Source: Bdellovibrionales bacterium (lineage in GTDB: Bacteria > Bdellovibrionota > Bdellovibrionia > Bdellovibrionales > JAGQZY01). Taken from it: a stretch of DNA of 64,000 bases. The stretch is taken from positions 704,001-768,000 of the forward strand of contig CAXRHT010000002.1 of assembly GCA_964230645.1 (NCBI GenBank), in the 5' to 3' direction. Below, piece by piece: positions 58,366-64,000 of this stretch; within the stretch, counting starts at the first letter, position 1, and each line of letters opens with the position of its first letter. The notes under the pieces were generated by a model. It saw only the letters and a program-made list of their open reading frames with translations. It was not told the DNA's origin and searched no databases. The position numbers and the translations under genes are program-made.

Positions 58366-60372
58366 ATGAACCTACCAAAAATTAATGATCAATTTGAGCA
58401 TTATAAAATCCTCTCTACTTTGGGAGAAGGAGCCATGGGACAGGTCTTCCTTGCTGAGGACCTCAAGTTAGGAAGAAAAGTCGCCTTAAAGTTCTCCGGT
58501 ACAGACAAACAGAAATCGAATCCCGTTTTATTAAAACGCTTTGAAAACGAAGCTAGAACTTTAGCCGCTCTCAATCATCCAAATATCGTCAACGTCTTCG
58601 ACTTCGGCCATTGCGGTGATTTACGTTATTTGGCTATGGAATACGTACAGGGTGACACCCTGATGCGGATCATTCAGAAAAAAGCCTTTGGTATAAAAGA
58701 CAGTTTAGAAACCATTAGACAAGTCGCCAGTGGTGTTGGGGCGTCTCACCAAAAAGGTGTTCTTCACCGGGATATTAAACCAGCTAATATCCTTATAGAC
58801 GAAAATAAAAAAGTAAAACTCGTGGACTTCGGCATTGCAAAGTCCTTGCAGTCCGAAGATGGCAATCTGACCCAGGCCGATCACTTCATTGGAACTATTA
58901 ATTACATCGCTCCTGAGATATTAACCGGTCACCCTCCCTCTCCCTGCTCAGATATATTTTCCATAGGAGTTGTTTTTTACGAATTGGTCACAGGACTTCA
59001 TCCATTCACTGGAGAAAATAAGTTTGAAACCATGGAAAAGGTAAAATTTCAGGAAATCACTTTCCCCCCAGATATGGAATCTCTCCTTCCTGAGTCTCTA
59101 AAGGGACTCATTATGAAAATGCTTTCCAAAGATAAAACGAAGCGCTTTCAGTGCACAGATGATCTTATCAAATCTATTGATAAAAGCTTTGAACACCTAC
59201 ATCCTGATTTGCATCAAATCTCGATTCGCCCCGACATCATTGTACTTAATCGCTCGGAATTGCGTCTGCAATTACTAAAACAAGGTTATCAAGAAAATGA
59301 AATTCGACTGATCATTCATCAAGCCGCACAGCTCGAGGATATGGGGCAAGTGTTCGGCCCCGATGAGGGTGATCAAACACTTGATACGTCGAATATGAGC
59401 TTGAAAAACAAGATCACCATAAGTCCGATGAACCTCAAAGCATCTATAACTAGCTTTGAAAACTCGAAAACACAAATCTCAAAATCCACCGCCACAGTGG
59501 TAACAAAGACCAAAACCAAACCAGAAAACAATAAACAAACACAAAAGCCCACGGCCCAAAACCTCTATCCCAATGACACTGATCAAGAAGAAATTCCCTA
59601 TCCACTTTACAAGCCCAACTTTTTTAAAAAGGCCTTTGTCTTCCTCGGGTTCATTACCCTATTAGGCAGTGGAATCTATAATTACAAATCTAAGACGGTT
59701 TTCTACAAAAAAGCCCTCGAGTACTCTTCCATTTTTCTAGAACAAAAAGGAGAAACAGAAGAAAAGGTAGTCGTCGATACTAAACAAAGAGAAATATCCT
59801 CCCTACCGTCCGTGTATATGGACTCTCCTCCCGCTGGCTCACAGTTTACTTTTCGTCATGTTAAAACAAGTGGTGATGAACGTAAAACAGACCTTGATGT
59901 GCAAAAATTGCTAAAAATCAAAAGAAGTGCTAACGGGGTCATCTCTCTTAATATCAAAAATCTCAGTACCGGCAAATGGAGTCAAGCTCGATGGTCGGAG
60001 AATGTGATTGCACCTCCACTGAGGTATTATGAAAAAAATGGTCGCAATGAAAAGACGACCCTTCCTCCGAACCATAAATCTATCTATCCGCTCAATATCG
60101 GACGCAAAGGTCAATTTCGCTATCAGATTGTCAATACCGATGGAAGCTTCTCTCAAGGAGAGAAAAACTGTGAGGTTTCTGGCCATATGGAAAAAGTCGT
60201 TCTCGGTAAGGCCCGATCGATATTGGTTATCCAATGTCAGAACACAGTCGATGGAATAAAGCGGGACACAAGCATCCACTATGCACCCGATCTTAAGATA
60301 AGCGTCAAAAGAGAGTCCCACTGGAAACAAGGGGTAACGCCTCATTACGAGCTGTGGGAACTGGTTAAATAA
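58366..60372 (+). CDS. Membrane Ser/Thr protein kinase with extracytoplasmic C-terminal domain
   Basis: LGEGAMG, VALK, HRDIKPAN, DFGIAK, GTINYIAPE, SDIFSIG; TM helix AFVFLGFITLLGSGIY. Confidence 0.93.
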   Translation: MNLPKINDQFEHYKILSTLGEGAMGQVFLAEDLKLGRKVALKFSGTDKQKSNPVLLKRFENEARTLAALNHPNIVNVFDFGHCGDLRYLAMEYVQGDTLMRIIQKKAFGIKDSLETIRQVASGVGASHQKGVLHRDIKPANILIDENKKVKLVDFGIAKSLQSEDGNLTQADHFIGTINYIAPEILTGHPPSPCSDIFSIGVVFYELVTGLHPFTGENKFETMEKVKFQEITFPPDMESLLPESLKGLIMKMLSKDKTKRFQCTDDLIKSIDKSFEHLHPDLHQISIRPDIIVLNRSELRLQLLKQGYQENEIRLIIHQAAQLEDMGQVFGPDEGDQTLDTSNMSLKNKITISPMNLKASITSFENSKTQISKSTATVVTKTKTKPENNKQTQKPTAQNLYPNDTDQEEIPYPLYKPNFFKKAFVFLGFITLLGSGIYNYKSKTVFYKKALEYSSIFLEQKGETEEKVVVDTKQREISSLPSVYMDSPPAGSQFTFRHVKTSGDERKTDLDVQKLLKIKRSANGVISLNIKNLSTGKWSQARWSENVIAPPLRYYEKNGRNEKTTLPPNHKSIYPLNIGRKGQFRYQIVNTDGSFSQGEKNCEVSGHMEKVVLGKARSILVIQCQNTVDGIKRDTSIHYAPDLKISVKRESHWKQGVTPHYELWELVK

Positions 60373-60389
60373 AGAACGAATAAATAGAA

Positions 60390-61838
60390 TTAAAGCTCGT
60401 AGTTCATACTCACGTTTTGAGTCTCTGTGAAAAACTCTAGGGAGTAATCCCCGCCTTCTCGACCGACACCGGATTGCTTCATACCACCAAGGGGAGTCCT
60501 TAAATTTCGGTACATCCAAGTATTCACCCACACGGTCCCGGCCTGAATTTTCTTCGACAAACGGTGAACCCGTGAGTGATCATTGGTCCAAAGAGTGGCC
60601 GAGAGTCCATAGGGGACACTATTGGCCATTTCTAGAACTTCGTCCTCGCTTTTGAAAGAAGTGAGAGTGACAACGGGACCAAAAATTTCTTCGTTCTGTA
60701 CACGGCAGTCTTGGCTCAAACCAGAGAGGACTGTCGGACGCATAAAATAGCCGTCTTTCATTTCACTAGGCAGGTTCTTCACTTCCTGACTGGTGTGAAC
60801 CACTCCGCCTTCTTTTCTCGCAAGCTCAACATAACTTTGAACTTTTTCCAGATGCTCTTTTGAAACCAAGGCCCCTAAGAAGTTGCTGTCATCGGATGGA
60901 TCTCCAACCTTGAGCTTCTCGGCTTCAACGACGAGATCTTTTAAAAACTGGTCATAAATCTCTTCTTGTATAAAAATGCGAGACCCACAGAGACATATTT
61001 CTCCTTGGTTCAGGAAGCTTGATCGCAAGGTTGTTTTTAGGGCCTTTTTGTAATCGCAGTCAGAAAAAATAATATTGGGATTCTTTCCGCCCAGCTCAAA
61101 ACTCGTTTTCTTAAAGTCTCCCGCTACGCTCTTTGCAATGTGGGCCCCTGTTTTGGTTCCGCCGGTGAATGAAATTACCGGCACATCCGGGTGTTCTATG
61201 AGTGCTTGTCCTGTCTGTGTTCCTAATCCATGGACAATATTGATCACACCCGGTGGAAGACCGGCTTCAATGGTTAATTTTCCGAACAGGTAGGCTGTCA
61301 TCGGTGTTAGTTCCGAAGGTTTACAGACGGCAGTGTTTCCAGCCGCGATACAGGGAGCAATCTTCCAGGTGAGTAAATAAAGAGGAAGATTCCAGGGGGA
61401 GATCAAAGCACAAGGCCCATAGGGGATATGATTGACGTATTCGACTTTCCCCTTCTCATCGGTGAAAGCTGTCGATTTAAAACTTTGAATAGCATGGGCA
61501 AAAAATCGTAAATTTTGACTGGCCCGTGGTATGTCTACTTTCTTAGTCAGCCAAAGAGGCTTTCCCTGATCTAAGCTTTCAGCTTGGGCGAGTTGTTCAA
61601 AGTTTTGATCAATCAAATCGGCTAAACGCATAAGGGCCGCGGCTCGATCTCCGGGCGAAAAATCAGACCAAATACCAAAGGCTTGCTTAGCAGCACCCAC
61701 AGCTCTATTGACATCTTCGGAGTCGGAGTTGGGGGTTTGGCTATAAACTTGACCCGTTGCAGGCGTGAAATTATCAAGGTAATTTCCACCCACGGGATCA
61801 ACAAACTCTCCACCAATCAAATTTTTGATTTTCTCCAT
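60390..61838 (-). CDS. Aldehyde dehydrogenase, 2-aminomuconate-6-semialdehyde dehydrogenase (ALDH8/AmnC)-like
   Basis: DIPRA..NLRFF, ISPWNLPLYLLTWKIAP, FTGGT, ELGGKN, NQGEICLCGSR, EEIFGPV. Start at ATG 61838 (TAATG overlap). Confidence 0.88.
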   Translation of the reverse strand: MEKIKNLIGGEFVDPVGGNYLDNFTPATGQVYSQTPNSDSEDVNRAVGAAKQAFGIWSDFSPGDRAAALMRLADLIDQNFEQLAQAESLDQGKPLWLTKKVDIPRASQNLRFFAHAIQSFKSTAFTDEKGKVEYVNHIPYGPCALISPWNLPLYLLTWKIAPCIAAGNTAVCKPSELTPMTAYLFGKLTIEAGLPPGVINIVHGLGTQTGQALIEHPDVPVISFTGGTKTGAHIAKSVAGDFKKTSFELGGKNPNIIFSDCDYKKALKTTLRSSFLNQGEICLCGSRIFIQEEIYDQFLKDLVVEAEKLKVGDPSDDSNFLGALVSKEHLEKVQSYVELARKEGGVVHTSQEVKNLPSEMKDGYFMRPTVLSGLSQDCRVQNEEIFGPVVTLTSFKSEDEVLEMANSVPYGLSATLWTNDHSRVHRLSKKIQAGTVWVNTWMYRNLRTPLGGMKQSGVGREGGDYSLEFFTETQNVSMNYEL

Positions 61839-63064
61839 TACGCGTCCTTTATATGAGGAGCCACTTTTTCCATAAACGTTCTCATATTTTGGCAAACCTC
61901 TGGGCTATTGTGATTGTTAAAATCAAACCAAAGCATCAAACGATCTTCTGGATGAAATCTTTCTTTAATTTGTTCGATGATCGTTTCGGGATGACCGACC
62001 AAGGCATTATCTACTGCCTTTGCTAACTTCACAGGATCGATCGTTCCCTGTATGGCTGACCAGTAGGCTTTGTTAGCATCGGTGGCAAGCTCAGTGGCTC
62101 GCTTATCGTTTTCTTCTTTTGAGAGCTTGGGATCGTCACTTGGAAAAACTAATACAGTTCTAGGCATATGAGATCTTTTCCACTCGCCTTTGTAGGTCTT
62201 CTTCATGCGCTCATGGGTTTTCTCAATCACTTCTGGAGGAGTGATGGAAAGATTAAAAACTCCACAGGGTAAGAATTGATTGGCCCACTCGTGCGCTTCG
62301 GCCCAGTGTGCCCCTATGGTTAGGTTCAAATACTCTAAAGGCGCTTCAAAGGGAATCACACCCACTTTTTCAAAATCCCAAAAAGAGGGAAGTTCAATTT
62401 TTTCGGGCTCGCCCGTTGTATTATTTTCTTTGTTGTAGGCTTCAACAACCTTTTGCCAGTCTTCCTCTGTGCGGAAAAATTCCTTTTTAAGATACATAGG
62501 TGCGATGTCTTTGGAAGAAAACACTTCACTTTTAAGAAAACGTAAAAAGATCTCTGTGGCTTGTAAAAAAGCTCGGCCGTTTACTACGGGCCAACCCACT
62601 TTTTCCACTTCAGAGCGAGGCTTGATCCCATAAGGTCGATTGGAAAAAGGAAAACGTCCAGCAGCAAAACCTAATTCAAGCTTTCGATCGGTATTGTGGT
62701 GAAGAGCATGAAGACTCAAAAAGGTCTTTACAGCTTCAGCATGGGCAATGGGACCACCGTTACAAAGAATATTTCTAATGGCAGAGCCAACATTTATTTG
62801 CTTCGTTTGTGAGAAGAGAAGATGCGCGACCTGCAAGACATCTGTGTTAAGCCCAATTTCTCCTTTGAAATTGGGAATAACGGCCCCTGGGTTTTCTTTT
62901 TGAACCTGGCAGGAAAGGTGAGTTTCAGCCACCCAAGCGGTTTGAAACCCAAGTTCATCCGCAAGTTTGGCCTGCTCAAAAAAGTTTTTGAGCATTGTCT
63001 TTTCATTGGGTTTATGGCCCTTCACTTCATTTTGGCATATGGATAAAAATATATCGAGAGTCAT
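61838..63064 (-). CDS. Luciferase-like (LLM class) flavin-dependent oxidoreductase
   Basis: QAKLADELGFQTAWVAETH, TKQINVGSAI, NALVGHPETIIEQI, MRTFMEKVAP. Start at ATG 63064 (ATGA overlap). Confidence 0.85.
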   Translation of the reverse strand: MTLDIFLSICQNEVKGHKPNEKTMLKNFFEQAKLADELGFQTAWVAETHLSCQVQKENPGAVIPNFKGEIGLNTDVLQVAHLLFSQTKQINVGSAIRNILCNGGPIAHAEAVKTFLSLHALHHNTDRKLELGFAAGRFPFSNRPYGIKPRSEVEKVGWPVVNGRAFLQATEIFLRFLKSEVFSSKDIAPMYLKKEFFRTEEDWQKVVEAYNKENNTTGEPEKIELPSFWDFEKVGVIPFEAPLEYLNLTIGAHWAEAHEWANQFLPCGVFNLSITPPEVIEKTHERMKKTYKGEWKRSHMPRTVLVFPSDDPKLSKEENDKRATELATDANKAYWSAIQGTIDPVKLAKAVDNALVGHPETIIEQIKERFHPEDRLMLWFDFNNHNSPEVCQNMRTFMEKVAPHIKDA

Positions 63065-63825
63065 ATCGCCCCCACTCTTCCACCGTCCACAGCAATGCTT
63101 TGGCCGGTAATATAATTGGCTTTTTCGGAACAAATAAATCGAATGAGGTCGGCTGTTTCTTCAGGCTGGGCAAAGCGTTTCATCGGCACTTTACTCATCC
63201 ACTCCCTTTCTACATCGGCGTAACTTTTATTCTCTTGGTCGGCCTTGGCCCGAATCAGGGACTCCAGCCTCGGAGTTTGAGTGAAACCAGGCATCACATT
63301 GTTGACTGTAATCCCGTGAGGGGCGAGCTCCAAAGATAAGGTTTTTCCCCAACTCGCAACAGCGGCTCTGACAGTGTTCGATACTCCCAAGTGAGGGATC
63401 GGGATCTTTACAGAAGTTGATGTGATAGTCACAAAGCGACCCCAGTTTTTCTTTTTCATTTCATCGAGAACAATTCTTGTAATCATCGAATTTGCAATGA
63501 GGTGATTATTCATGCCACCCAAAAATTCCTCAGGCATGGCTTTTGAGATAGGGCCACCTTTGGGCCCTCCTGAATTGAGAATCACAATATTGAAGGGAGC
63601 CTTTTCATGCTCGGCCCCAATGGCTCCCTGCCAGGTTTCCGACCTTCCAATATCACCAGCAAGATAATTATGCCCTCGACCTGGAAGATCACTCACTATT
63701 TTTTTTAGCTTGTCCTCACTGCGAGAGAATAGGCAGACACTGACACCATCACTAGCCAAACCTTTTGCGACCGCTTCACCGATCCCCTGTGAAGCGCCTA
63801 GCACCAAAGCTCGTTTGTTTTCCAT
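63061..63825 (-). CDS. SDR family oxidoreductase (atypical; SNxxR in place of YxxxK)
   Basis: LVLGASQGIG, NSGGP, GVSNTVR, ITVNNVMPG, YITGQSIAVDGG. Start at ATG 63825. Confidence 0.9.
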   Translation of the reverse strand: MENKRALVLGASQGIGEAVAKGLASDGVSVCLFSRSEDKLKKIVSDLPGRGHNYLAGDIGRSETWQGAIGAEHEKAPFNIVILNSGGPKGGPISKAMPEEFLGGMNNHLIANSMITRIVLDEMKKKNWGRFVTITSTSVKIPIPHLGVSNTVRAAVASWGKTLSLELAPHGITVNNVMPGFTQTPRLESLIRAKADQENKSYADVEREWMSKVPMKRFAQPEETADLIRFICSEKANYITGQSIAVDGGRVGAI

Positions 63826-64000
63826 GGACCCACCCTCTCGTAAAATATTATGGTTCTGAGCGTGCCCTGTAGGTAACAAAAGCTTGGAAAAAGATCAATA
63901 ATTCCGATAATTTCAGCCTGCTCTTTAAGCCTTCTCCCCCATTTTTCGTGATTCATTAATAATCAGTCTGCTTTTGATCCGCCTTGCAATCATCAAAAAA

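Noticed and set aside
59911..60531. 206-aa minus-strand ORF and other short antisense ORFs in the track
   Set aside because: They are shadow ORFs overlapping well-supported genes and lack recognisable motifs.
63061..63825. Inactive SDR or pseudogene because YxxxK is missing
   Set aside because: The ORF is intact and SNxxR-type atypical SDRs are a known subgroup.

Overview
Bacterial genomic window, probably Bdellovibrionota. That assignment is an inference from FQNC/YQGC-type lipoprotein signals, STAS-Zn-ribbon proteins and many secreted hydrolases. About 55 CDS are supported; no rRNA, tRNA, CRISPR array or transposase was seen. (1) At 1.9-7.5 kb is what looks like a complete bacterial-type coenzyme M (CoM) biosynthesis cluster: ComA/XcbB, ArgH-like XcbC, PurB-like XcbD, D-Cys-desulfhydrase-like XcbE and a convergent Cys-rich hypothetical that is a candidate XcbA. 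No alkene or epoxide genes are in the window. The cluster adjoins an ~11-kb block of small-molecule tailoring genes: PLP decarboxylase, amino-acid dehydrogenase, two MppJ/MrsA-like methyltransferases, OsmC, deacylase, GNATs, a PAS-EamA fusion and a flavin monooxygenase. (2) At 52-64 kb is a split aminophenol meta-cleavage locus (AmnBA-like dioxygenase, ALDH, RidA, SDR, luciferase-like monooxygenase). The dioxygenase genes are coupled to a class-3 asparaginase homologue whose Zn ligands are substituted. (3) A palindromic REP-like element occurs at three loci, and its outer end is iterated as tandem arrays. (4) A candidate structured ncRNA lies at ~47.4-47.7 kb. (5) Other content: HipBA with three operator palindromes, an ars operon, betA, pepN, a DEAD-box helicase and a Calx-beta-like adhesin. 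All functional calls come from visual motif recognition, not database searches.
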